Source: an uncultured Methanoregulaceae archaeon (GTDB taxonomy: Archaea > Halobacteriota > Methanomicrobia > Methanomicrobiales > Methanospirillaceae). From it: 64,000 nt of DNA. The stretch is from the NCBI GenBank assembly GCA_963717525.1, contig OY970343.1, positions 1,952,001-2,016,000 on the forward strand. Reading direction: 5' to 3'. The notes under the pieces are model-generated. The model did no database searches. It had not been told where the DNA came from and was given only the letters and a program-made list of their open reading frames with translations. Made by a program: the position numbers and the translations under genes. Numbering within the stretch: the stretch's first letter is position 1; each line of letters opens with the position of its first letter. Below are positions 23,577 to 32,809 of the stretch, in pieces.

Positions 23577-23881
23577 TTTGGTAATTGTAAAACATCCGCC
23601 CCAAAAAAAGATAATAAAAAAATCCAATACTCAATCAATTGAAGTTAAAAGATTCAAAAACATGAGGAATTCGCTCTCGGGGGCTCCGCCCCCGCCGCTC
23701 AGGCACCCCCCTTTGCGATAGTGCTGTATTACCTGTTCTGGCCCATCGCAATGCGCCCCGTCCCCCTCGGGGGACTGGTGGCGCAAGAGGGGGGCAACAA
23801 CAGCAGCCGAAAACGCTTTTCTACAGACTAAAAATATACATTTTTCACTACATTGGAGGCTGATTGTTGATAATCACCAAA
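23577..23881. mobile_element. Putative MITE-like or structured intergenic element (about 305 bp)
   Basis: Imperfect 24-bp terminal inverted repeats (18/24) at 23577-23600 and 23858-23881; AT-rich flanks around a GC-rich multi-hairpin core at 23678-23795. Confidence 0.45.
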
Positions 23882-23905
23882 TCTCTTTTATCCTGTTTTT
23901 CCGGT

Positions 23906-24994
23906 TCACACCAGCTCGTAGAGCGTTGTCCGCTGCCGGAGGGTCCGGCCGAGGTCGGCAGTCATCCGTTCCATGACCGCAGGGGCAAGGTAACTGGCAT
24001 CGCCTGCCCCTGCGTCCACGGAGACTTCGTCCGTGAACATCGTGCCGGCAAGGTCGTTTCCCCCGCACATGAGCGCGAGCTGCGTCATCTTGAGCCCGAG
24101 CTTGCCCCACGAGACCTGGACGTTGTCGAAATTGTCGAGGAAGAGTCGGGAGACCGCGATCATCAGGATATCCTCGCGGCCGGTTGCCCCCGCCCGGGCG
24201 ATCCCTTCAGTGAAGAGCGGGGTATTGGCATGGATATAGGACATCGGGATGAACTCGGTAAAGCCCCGGGTCTCGTCCTGGATCTTCCGGACAATCGTCA
24301 TATGGTCCACCTGGTCGCGGGCTGACTCGTACGAGCCGTACATGATGGTGGCAGAGGTGAGGATCCCCATATTATGGGCCTCTCTGATGATCCTTACCCA
24401 TTCCGCGCCGGAGACCTTCCTCGGGCAGATCACTTTACGGACTGGTTCGATCAGGATCTCGGCCGCCGTTCCCTGGAGGGAGCCCAGGCCAGCATCCCTG
24501 AGGGCGGCAAGCACCTCGGCGGTCGTAAGCTTGCTCCTCTTTGCCGCATGGGCAACCTCGTCCGGGCTGAAGGCGTGGACATGGATCTCCGGGGCGATCT
24601 CGTGCACCGCGGTGATCAGCCCGATATAGCTGTCAAGGTCAAACGCCGGGTTGACCCCGGAGAGGAAACAGATCTCGGTGACATTGCGCTTCTGTGCCAG
24701 CCGGACACCGGCCTGTATCGTGTCGCGGTCGAGGCAGTAGGCCCCGGGATCGGTCGCTTTCTTCCCGAACCCGCAGAACCCGCAGAGGTTCTTGCAGATG
24801 TTGGTCACGTGCAGGTTCTGGTTCCTGACATAGGTGACGATATCGCCAACCTTTTTTTCGCGCATCTCATCGGCTGCAGCCGTAATACGGAAGACGTCCC
24901 GGCCGGTCGCCTTCATGAGGATTTCGCCCTCCTCCGGGGTGAGCCGGTGTCCGGCCAGAACATCGTTCAGGAGAGGGATAAGTGGGGTTGCCAT
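23906..24994 (-). CDS. cofH: FO synthase subunit CofH family radical SAM protein (copy 2)
   Basis: TNICKNLCGFC, GTAAEIL, ATIMYG, GGNDLAGTMF; visibly paralogous to copy 1. Confidence 0.88.
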   Translation of the reverse strand: MATPLIPLLNDVLAGHRLTPEEGEILMKATGRDVFRITAAADEMREKKVGDIVTYVRNQNLHVTNICKNLCGFCGFGKKATDPGAYCLDRDTIQAGVRLAQKRNVTEICFLSGVNPAFDLDSYIGLITAVHEIAPEIHVHAFSPDEVAHAAKRSKLTTAEVLAALRDAGLGSLQGTAAEILIEPVRKVICPRKVSGAEWVRIIREAHNMGILTSATIMYGSYESARDQVDHMTIVRKIQDETRGFTEFIPMSYIHANTPLFTEGIARAGATGREDILMIAVSRLFLDNFDNVQVSWGKLGLKMTQLALMCGGNDLAGTMFTDEVSVDAGAGDASYLAPAVMERMTADLGRTLRQRTTLYELV

Positions 24995-25021
24995 GATCAT
25001 TACCAACGGGAAGGGGTTATA

Positions 25022-25984
25022 TTATTTGTTTTTCCGGGATCCTTTCTGCGGATTCTTTGATTTTTTGGCCCTTTTGCCGGTGGCCGCTTCCTTCTTCTTC
25101 GCGTACCAGTCCCAGACGACCATCGCGATGATCACGACGATGATCACCCACCAGATGTGGAGCGGGAGCAGGCCGACAAGGGGAACCGTAAAGAGGGCTT
25201 TCCCTACAATCCATTGGTTTTCCACCGGCTCTATCGTCTGGTTATTGTTGACCGTGAGGTACCCTTCGTCGCTGACCGGGTTGTTGTCTCCCTTGGTGAT
25301 GTAACCGCCATGGGTGGTCGGGGCGGAGTACCGCACGTAGCCCTGGTTTGCGACCACGTACTGCTCAGGAAGGAAATACTTCGCATCTGCCGTGCTGAAT
25401 GCCATGCCTTGGGCATCGGCGGTGATATTTTCCGGGACCGTCGCGTTTGTGGGGTACAGGAGGTAGTACCCGAACGCGGTCGTGGTGCTCGTTGCAAGCG
25501 GGATATATTCAGTGGGGGTCACCGTCCCTTCATAGGGGTTGAGGTACGACGGTTCGGGCTGCCCGGAATCGACCCAGGTCATGGCCCGGTGAATGATCGG
25601 GTGCTGGCTGGAGAGCGGGAGCAGGCCAATCTGCGCCCAGAAGTCGGTGTCGCCATCGGGACGGTAGATGATTACGTCCCCGTAATCGCCGAACTTCTGG
25701 TACCCGGTCGCATGTGCCTCATCCCAGGTCTGGAGGGGGCCGAACCGGTCTGGGGCAACCACGACTACCAGGTCGCCAATGTTCATGTGGGGCTCCATGC
25801 TCCCCGATTCCACGGTAACGACCGCCGGCCACGCCCCGCAGATCAGGTAGAGGGCGAGCGCGATGCACGCTACGACTGCCACGACCCAGAGGATGTCGCG
25901 GGCAAGAGAAACCGCCCAGTGATCGCTTGTGCGGAACGCCTGGATCTTCGCGCGGATACCCCGCGGCTCTTCGTTCTCTGCCAT
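25022..25984 (-). CDS. S26 signal peptidase I (Sec11-type) with a long insertion
   Basis: TM helix, ESGSMEP (Ser), IIHRA (His), ITKGDNN, C-terminal TM. Confidence 0.88.
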   Translation of the reverse strand: MAENEEPRGIRAKIQAFRTSDHWAVSLARDILWVVAVVACIALALYLICGAWPAVVTVESGSMEPHMNIGDLVVVVAPDRFGPLQTWDEAHATGYQKFGDYGDVIIYRPDGDTDFWAQIGLLPLSSQHPIIHRAMTWVDSGQPEPSYLNPYEGTVTPTEYIPLATSTTTAFGYYLLYPTNATVPENITADAQGMAFSTADAKYFLPEQYVVANQGYVRYSAPTTHGGYITKGDNNPVSDEGYLTVNNNQTIEPVENQWIVGKALFTVPLVGLLPLHIWWVIIVVIIAMVVWDWYAKKKEAATGKRAKKSKNPQKGSRKNK

Positions 25985-26051
25985 CTCTTAGCGCTCTTTA
26001 TTGGCGTTTTTTGTTAATATAGCGCACCCATTCCGGTGCGTCCTGTCCCTG

Positions 26052-26681
26052 TCATGCCGAAATGATGAGGCGCACGATGTAGTAGGCCCCGAAGACCACC
26101 AGGAAGAGCCCGCAGGCCATCATGATCCGCTGGTACGCGAGATCGGAGAGGATGGTCTTTCCCTTCGCGATACCGGTAGAAACCACCGTGTACCACCCGA
26201 GATCCGCACACCAGTGCCCGGCCATGAAGACGCAGGCAAGGAAGATCCCCCCGGCAAGGCCGGCGATCACCATCGCACCCCCGACCGTCAGCCACCAGAT
26301 CCAGAAGTACGGATTTGCGACGCTCGTCACAAAGCCGGCAAAGAACGGGCTGGTCGTGACGACAGATTCCGGACTTTTGCTGCCCGCGAGCGAAACCTGC
26401 CGGCTCCCGGTGAGGGTGAGGATGCCAAAGAGGATTAGGGCTACGCCCCCGATGACCGCCACTGCAGTCGTGTACCGCAGGGCGACGGTGGCAAGGCCGG
26501 CCACGATCAGGATGACGATGATGAGTTCGGAGAGCATGTGGCCGAAGGTGATTCGGGGGCCCACCGTCCAGCCGCTGGCCATCGAGGCGTTGATGGTGGC
26601 TACAAGCGTCGGGCCCGGGGCAAGGGCGCCGGTCAGGCCGACGATAAAGGCCAGCAGGAAAAACTGGAGCGTATCGAGCAT
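26052..26681 (-). CDS. LysE family translocator
   Basis: GALAPGP, GH, ANPYFWIWW; hydrophobic; start at ATG 26681. Confidence 0.88.
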   Translation of the reverse strand: MLDTLQFFLLAFIVGLTGALAPGPTLVATINASMASGWTVGPRITFGHMLSELIIVILIVAGLATVALRYTTAVAVIGGVALILFGILTLTGSRQVSLAGSKSPESVVTTSPFFAGFVTSVANPYFWIWWLTVGGAMVIAGLAGGIFLACVFMAGHWCADLGWYTVVSTGIAKGKTILSDLAYQRIMMACGLFLVVFGAYYIVRLIISA

Positions 26682-26812
26682 GGTATCGGGAGTCCCGGAA
26701 GGGCCGTGAAGTGAACAGGGTTTAGTGGACGATGATATCAAGGATTCCTTCACGGACGGGTGGCCATGCAGATAGCATCATCTTTTTTCCCGGTGCAGCT
26801 CTATACTATTCT

Positions 26813-28210
26813 ATGCTCGATGCGCAGCAGATCACGCTCCGGTTCCTCGACACCCGGCTCCAGGTTCACCCCGATGTGGTGCGGTACATCCAGGAGCAGG
26901 ACAACCCGGAGCTGATCGACCGCATCATCGCCGGCGTCCCGGAGGATACCGTGGTTGTCTCGGCAAAGCATATCCCGGGCATGAACGCGACCCGGGACGG
27001 TATACGTTTTTTAACCGACCCGACCGTCGAGATCGTCTCGGGCGGCCCCGGTACATCGGGAAGCGTCAACGGCACTGCCGATTACCTCCATTATTTCCGG
27101 GATCGGTACAGCCGGCTCGGCGGGATGATCCGGAGCAGGTGCGGGGCGATGCCCATCGAAGGGCTCACCCGTTCGCCGCGATACCGTCAGGAGGAGTCCA
27201 CGGTGATCGGGATGGTCGCCGAGGTCAAGACCACGACAAACGGCCACCGGATCGCCGAGATCGAGGATACCACCGCAAACCTCTCGGTGCTCTTCCGGAA
27301 AGACCGTCCGGTCTTTGCCGATGCCGAGCGCCTGATCCCGGACGAGGTGATCGGGGTCAAGGGCAAGCTCTCGAACGATGGCCGGCTCTTTTTTGCCGAT
27401 CAGCTGTTCCGGCCCGATATCAGGGTCGATAACAAGCCGTTTGTGAGCGAACAGCCGGGAAAAGCGGTTTTTATTTCCGATGTCCACGTGGGGAGCAACA
27501 CGTTCCTTTCCGGGGCATGGGGCCGGTTTGTCGACTGGCTCGCGGAATCCGGCGCCTCCTACCTCCTGATCGCCGGCGACCTCGTCGACGGGATCGGGGT
27601 CTTCCCCGGGCAGGAGCAGGAACTGACCATCAAGAACATCTACGAGCAGTACGACGCCTTCGGCGAGATGATCAGCGCGATCCCGCACCGGATCAAGATC
27701 ATCGTTGCGCCGGGCAACCACGACGTGGTCCGGGGCGCCGAGCCCCAGCCGGTGATCCCGGAGCAGTTCACAAAAAAGTTTCCCGGGAACTGCATGCTCG
27801 TCGAGAACCCGGCACTCTTGAACCTGCAGGGCGTGCGGGTGCTGATGTACCACGGCCGGTCGCTCGATGACATGATCGGCCTTATCCCGGGGGCGTCCTA
27901 CGAGCAGAGCGGGAAGATGATGGAGGAGATGCTCCAGCGCCGGCACCTTGCCCCGGCGTACGGTAGGCGCACCCCCATTGCCGCGGGAAAGTCCGACCGC
28001 TTAATCATCGACCCGTTGCCGGAGATCCTGCACACAGGCCACGTGCACATCACCGGGCTGACAAACTATCGCGGGGTGCTGGGCATCAACGCGGGCACCT
28101 GGCAGTCGCAGACCGCGTTCCAGAAGCAGATGAACGTTAACCCGACGCCGGGGCAGGCCGTGATGGTGGACCTCCAGACACTGGTGCCGGAAACGTTCTC
28201 GTTTTTGTGA
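26813..28210 (+). CDS. DNA polymerase D (II) small subunit DP1
   Basis: OB fold followed by phosphoesterase motifs SDVHVGS, GDLVDG, PGNHD, HG, GHVH, WQSQT. Confidence 0.95.
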   Translation: MLDAQQITLRFLDTRLQVHPDVVRYIQEQDNPELIDRIIAGVPEDTVVVSAKHIPGMNATRDGIRFLTDPTVEIVSGGPGTSGSVNGTADYLHYFRDRYSRLGGMIRSRCGAMPIEGLTRSPRYRQEESTVIGMVAEVKTTTNGHRIAEIEDTTANLSVLFRKDRPVFADAERLIPDEVIGVKGKLSNDGRLFFADQLFRPDIRVDNKPFVSEQPGKAVFISDVHVGSNTFLSGAWGRFVDWLAESGASYLLIAGDLVDGIGVFPGQEQELTIKNIYEQYDAFGEMISAIPHRIKIIVAPGNHDVVRGAEPQPVIPEQFTKKFPGNCMLVENPALLNLQGVRVLMYHGRSLDDMIGLIPGASYEQSGKMMEEMLQRRHLAPAYGRRTPIAAGKSDRLIIDPLPEILHTGHVHITGLTNYRGVLGINAGTWQSQTAFQKQMNVNPTPGQAVMVDLQTLVPETFSFL

Positions 28211-28217
28211 AAAAAGA

Positions 28218-28806
28218 TCAGACCGGAATGATCTTCCGGTTGTGGACTTCGTTGATAACCTGAGCTAACCCGATATAGATCGCAAGGGCCCCGGCCAGAA
28301 TACCCATCAGGCCGGCGGCAAGTTTGACAAGACCGCTTTCTGTGAGCTCTGCTGCAACGAGAAGGACGATCGTCAGGAACACCGCAAGGACGGTCACCTG
28401 GAGGCTCCGGTGCATGTTCAGGGTACAGATCAGGAGCCCGAATGCGACGATCCCCCAGACCGCGAGGAACGCGGCGAGATCGAGCTGGCCCCGGCGCCTT
28501 GGCAAGCCCGAGAGCCGGCAGCATGAGGACGCCGGCAAAGGTCATCCAGAAGAACCCGAAACTCACGAAGGTCAGAAAACCGAAGTTGTTGTTCTTCTTC
28601 CATTCCATGAGGCCGGCAATGATCTGGGCGAGGCCGCCATAGAAAATTGCCATGGCAAAGATCGGACTGGTGATGCCGATGACCCCGGCATTCCAGAGGC
28701 TCAAGAGAATGGTCGTCGTCCCGAATGCGCACAGCCCGAGCGGTGCCGGGTTTGCGGTCTGGTCCATGAGGAAGATGTTATTCCTGTTTGTTTCTTCATT
28801 CACCAT
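28218..28806 (-). CDS. Second SatP/GPR1/FUN34/YaaH acetate transporter, one frameshift at about 28490
   Basis: [18 protein letters not shown]; removing one G of CCGGGG (minus strand) joins the ORFs (KAPGQLDLAAF) into a full-length paralogue. Confidence 0.85.
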
Positions 28807-29237
28807 GATTCCCACTTAACCTGAATATCCTGACGCATACGGACGCTGCTCACATGCATCGTGCACCTGTAATTCCACCGGTTCAGGCAGGACGTCTGTG
28901 AGATCGACCAGATGAGACAGTGCATTGATCTCTGTGTCTTGTGTCTTAACCCTTCGTTTGATGATTCCGGTAATGGAGGAATGTTCCCTGATCACAACGT
29001 CCCTCGTTGAGATACTCGTGCAGCCGTTCATGTGCCCATGCGGCGGGGGCGGCTGCCCCCGGGAGTGTCCGCTGGAGAGAGTATTCCTGAGTATTCAGTT
29101 TTGTGTCCGGCCCCGGTCACCGGTAATGGACGATACCATCCTGATACCCTGTAACGGGCAGGGTATATGTGCGAGAGGGAAAACGGTCGCCAGACCCGGG
29201 GGTATCCTAACGGGCCCATGGACTGCGAAGGCCTCTG

Positions 29238-31658
29238 TTATTGGATTTTCTCGCTGGCCAGACGATCCTCCAGTGCAACCACTTTCTGGGTGATCTTCAT
29301 CACTGAGTCCGGGTTGAGGGATATAGATTCGATACCCTCCCTGACAAGGAACTCGGCGAACTCCGGGTAGTCGCTGGGCGCCTGCCCGCACAGGCCGGAA
29401 TGGCGCCCGTTCCGCCGGGCACCCTGTACCGCCATGGATACGAATTTCATCACGCCGGGGTCCCGCTCGTCGAAATCGTGAGCAACCACCACGGAGTCAC
29501 GGTCGACCCCGAGTGTCAGCTGGGTCAGGTCGTTCGAACCGATAGAGAACCCGTCGAACAACCGGCTGAATTCATCGATGAGGAGGATGTTATTGGGGAT
29601 CTCGCACATGACATAAACCGATAGCCCGTTTTTACCCCGCACAAGCCCGTTCTTTGCCATCTCGGCCAGCACCTTCTCACCCTCACCGACCGTCCGGCAG
29701 AACGGGATCATGATGACCAGATTGGTGAGACCCATCTCTTCGAGGACCCGTTTCATCGCGCGGCATTCAAGGGCAAAACCTTCGCGGTACCTCTCGTCAT
29801 AGTAACGGGATGCGCCGCGGAAGCCGAGCATCGGGTTTGACTCTTCGGGTTCGAAATATTTCCCCCCGAGGAGATCAGCGTATTCGTTGGTCTTGAAATC
29901 GCTCATCCGGACAACCACCGGCTTGGGGTAAAAGGCGGCCGCGATCGTCCCGATGCCCTGCGACAGTTTCCCGACAAAATAGTCTTCCGGGTTCCCGTAC
30001 CCATAGGTAAGGTCAGCTATCTTTGCCTTTACGGTCTCATCGGTGACTTTTTCCGGGTGGACGAGTGCCATCGGGTGGATCTTGATATAATTATTGATAA
30101 CAAACTCCATCCGGGCGAGCCCGATGCCGTCGTTGGGGATCATCGAGAGGGCAAACGCCTGGTCAGGCTCCCCGAGGTTCATCATAATCTTTGTTTTCGG
30201 TCGCCTGAGACCCTTTAAGGAGACTTTTTCAGCGTGGAACGGCAGGATCCCCTCGTATACAACCCCCTCGTCCCCCTCTGAGCAGTTGACGGTCACTTCC
30301 TGCCCGGTTTTGATCTTCTCCGTAGCATTGTTTGTCCCGACCACCGCCGCAACACCGAGCTCCCGGCTGACGATCGCGGCATGGCAGGTCCGCCCCCCGC
30401 GGTTGGTAACGATCGCAGCGGCGGTCTTCATGACCGGTTCCCAGTCGGGGTTTGTCGTGTCGGCAACGAGGATCTCCCCGGGCCGGAACTCGCCAAGATG
30501 GCTTATATCGGCGATCACCCGCGCTGTGCCGGTCGCGATCTTTTCACCCACTCCCTTTCCCTTCGCAAGCACCGGCCCCCGCTTCTCCATGTGGTAGGTG
30601 ACAAGGACATCCATTGCTTCCTGCGAATGGACCGTCTCGGGCCGTGCCTGGACGATGAAAAGTTCCCCGGTGATACCATCCTTTGCCCATTCGATATCCA
30701 TCGGGACGGTCTGGTGCGCTTTTGCGGAATAGTGGTCCTCAATCTTTATCGCATACTGTGCCAGTTCGAGGATCTCGTCATCCGTGATACAGAAACGCCG
30801 CCCGTCGGATTCGGGGACGTCTACATTCCGGGTCAGGACCTTGGAGGTCCCCTGCCCGTAGATCATCTTGATCTTCTTGTCGCCGAGGTTTTTCCTGATA
30901 ATGGCCCGGTGCCCGGTCCGCACCGTCGGTTTGAAGACGTAGAACTCGTCCGGGTTAACGGCGCCCTGCACGATGTTCTCACCAAGGCCGTACGAACCAG
31001 TGATGAAGACGACATCCCGGAACCCGGTCTCGGTATCGAGAGTGAAGATCACACCGCTCGACGCCATATCGGAGCGGACCATCTTCATGACCCCGATGGA
31101 AAGGGCGACCTTGAAATGGTCGAAGTTCTGGTCGGTCCGGTAGGATATTGCCCGGTCGGTAAAGAGGGAGGCAAAACATTTGCTGCAGGCTTCCCTGAGT
31201 GCAGGATATCCCCGGATGTTAAGGTAGGTCTCCTGCTGGCCGGCAAACGAAGCGGTGGGGAGGTCTTCTGCCGTGGCAGAGCTCCTGACTGCAACATCGG
31301 TATCGGGCCCGTATTCCTCACAGAGCTTGTCGTAGGCAGCGCTGACCTCGTTCCAGATATCGTCCGGGATGCCCGCACCGAGGATCAGGTCCCGTGCTTT
31401 TTTCCCCCGGCCTTCAAGATTGGAGACGCTGGTCTTATCGAGATCGGCCATGGCGACTTTGATCCCGTCGATGACGCCGCCGGTCTTCACGACCCGCCAG
31501 TATGCGTCGGCGGTGATGGCAAACCCGTTGGGGATCCTTACGCCCGCTTTTGTCAGATCCTGGAACATTTCCCCGAGCGAGGCGTTCTTGCCCCCGACAC
31601 TGGCGACATCCTCGTTCCTGATCTCCTTAAACCAGCGGATATAGTGTGCAGTGCCCAT
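29238..31658 (-). CDS. ppsA: Phosphoenolpyruvate synthase
   Basis: VGGKNASLGEM, AVRSSATAEDLP, GGRTCHAAI (phospho-His), FSIGSNDLTQ; start ATG 31658. Confidence 0.97.
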   Translation of the reverse strand: MGTAHYIRWFKEIRNEDVASVGGKNASLGEMFQDLTKAGVRIPNGFAITADAYWRVVKTGGVIDGIKVAMADLDKTSVSNLEGRGKKARDLILGAGIPDDIWNEVSAAYDKLCEEYGPDTDVAVRSSATAEDLPTASFAGQQETYLNIRGYPALREACSKCFASLFTDRAISYRTDQNFDHFKVALSIGVMKMVRSDMASSGVIFTLDTETGFRDVVFITGSYGLGENIVQGAVNPDEFYVFKPTVRTGHRAIIRKNLGDKKIKMIYGQGTSKVLTRNVDVPESDGRRFCITDDEILELAQYAIKIEDHYSAKAHQTVPMDIEWAKDGITGELFIVQARPETVHSQEAMDVLVTYHMEKRGPVLAKGKGVGEKIATGTARVIADISHLGEFRPGEILVADTTNPDWEPVMKTAAAIVTNRGGRTCHAAIVSRELGVAAVVGTNNATEKIKTGQEVTVNCSEGDEGVVYEGILPFHAEKVSLKGLRRPKTKIMMNLGEPDQAFALSMIPNDGIGLARMEFVINNYIKIHPMALVHPEKVTDETVKAKIADLTYGYGNPEDYFVGKLSQGIGTIAAAFYPKPVVVRMSDFKTNEYADLLGGKYFEPEESNPMLGFRGASRYYDERYREGFALECRAMKRVLEEMGLTNLVIMIPFCRTVGEGEKVLAEMAKNGLVRGKNGLSVYVMCEIPNNILLIDEFSRLFDGFSIGSNDLTQLTLGVDRDSVVVAHDFDERDPGVMKFVSMAVQGARRNGRHSGLCGQAPSDYPEFAEFLVREGIESISLNPDSVMKITQKVVALEDRLASEKIQ

Positions 31659-31816
31659 ACCAGTGTCTCCGGCTGTTGTCGGATATACATTGGCTTTCAT
31701 GCCAGTTTTTGAAACAAATTTCAAAAACCGACGCGGCACCAGCTCAAGGAAGGATCCAGATACCGTCCCGGAACAGGGAACTCTTATTAAAAAAAAGAAA
31801 AAATTGTTGTGGATAA

Positions 31817-31996
31817 TCAGAAGCGGGGCTTCTGGTGCTTGGGCAGGCAGTCCCTGCAATAAACCGGCCTACCCTCGGTGGGCTTGAACGGAACCTCGCA
31901 CTCTTTTCCACAGTCTGAACATGTAACTTTTGTCATTTCTCTGGGTCCGAAGTTTCTCGGGCCGCCAAATCCTCTTCTTTCCATTGAATTACTCAT
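31817..31996 (-). CDS. Small CxxC-x17-CxxC zinc-ribbon protein (55-59 aa, below the ORF-track cutoff)
   Basis: Translated by hand: MSNSMERRGFGGPRNFGPREMTKVTCSDCGKECEVPFKPTEGRPVYCRDCLPKHQKPRF. Confidence 0.9.
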   Translation of the reverse strand: MSNSMERRGFGGPRNFGPREMTKVTCSDCGKECEVPFKPTEGRPVYCRDCLPKHQKPRF

Positions 31997-32289
31997 GCAG
32001 GATAATAGCTGCGCATACTCTTCAGTCTGTCAGCATATATACATCTGCACCGGCCCATACCTTTTTCCTCTCCTGTACCACGGCGTTGGCTCTCCGGCTT
32101 TTCTGCCGTTAAACTGGTTCCGGGCCTCCTTTCCGGGCAAGGCACTCGCCCCCGGGACAATCCCGTGACCGGGACCCCCCGGTCCTCTACCATGTCAGGG
32201 ATACCAGGTGGGTCCTGTACGCGAAACCTGGTGCACCGATCGAATCCCCGGGGAACAAAGCCTATCATCAGGAGAGACTTATTACATTT

Positions 32290-32700
32290 ATGGAAATTTC
32301 TGAAACCGGTAAGCCGGAAGACCGGATTGCAGCACTGGAAAAAAAGACCGCGGAGATGGAAGCGCTGGTCAAGGGACTGGTCGATGAGATGCTCGACTTC
32401 AAGGCACTCGCCCAAGGGATGGCCAAAAAAGCCGGGGAACAACGCCAGCAGGAACCTGCACGGGGACATGTTGTGATAAGCGCCGCACCCCAGGCGCCAG
32501 AGAGCCCTGCCGCATCCCCCTCCGTTGCAGCCCCGCAGGATAACCGCACGGTGATCCGCCCGAAGAGCGCATCCCAGCCGGAGGTTCCGGCAGAGCCCGA
32601 GATGGTCCGGATCATGCAGACCGACGGCACCATGAAGATGGAAGTCCGTCGCGGGGACAAGAACCCCCGGGACTCCACGGGATCCGGTCGCCGCAAGTAA
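32290..32700 (+). CDS. Hypothetical protein (N-terminal coiled coil, low-complexity linker, C-terminal IMQTDGTMKME motif)
   Basis: Clean ORF with host-like codon usage in an otherwise empty interval. Confidence 0.75.
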   Translation: MEISETGKPEDRIAALEKKTAEMEALVKGLVDEMLDFKALAQGMAKKAGEQRQQEPARGHVVISAAPQAPESPAASPSVAAPQDNRTVIRPKSASQPEVPAEPEMVRIMQTDGTMKMEVRRGDKNPRDSTGSGRRK

Positions 32701-32744
32701 CCTGCGCCGCTGACACGATCAGGCCCGGCACCGCCCGGGAAATT

Positions 32745-32800
32745 GCGATGGAGGGAAGGGGACCCACCCCCCACCCTTTCTTTTTTCAAGGGGGAGGATT
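32745..32800. repeat. G-run/C-run palindromic repeat copy
   Basis: GGGGACCCACCCCCC followed by TTCTTTTTTCAAGGGGG, nearly identical to 36064-36082. Confidence 0.55.
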
Positions 32801-32809
32801 TTAAAAAAA

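Noticed and set aside
28816..29237. Short ORFs between ppsA and the second acetate permease
   Set aside because: No recognisable motif or clear RBS; cannot be supported, though a small gene is not excluded
31659..31859. N-terminal extensions in the ORF track (ppsA, thiC, echE, purA, serpin, alkD, hppA)
   Set aside because: The extensions cross promoters, terminators or neighbouring genes; family similarity begins at downstream ATGs
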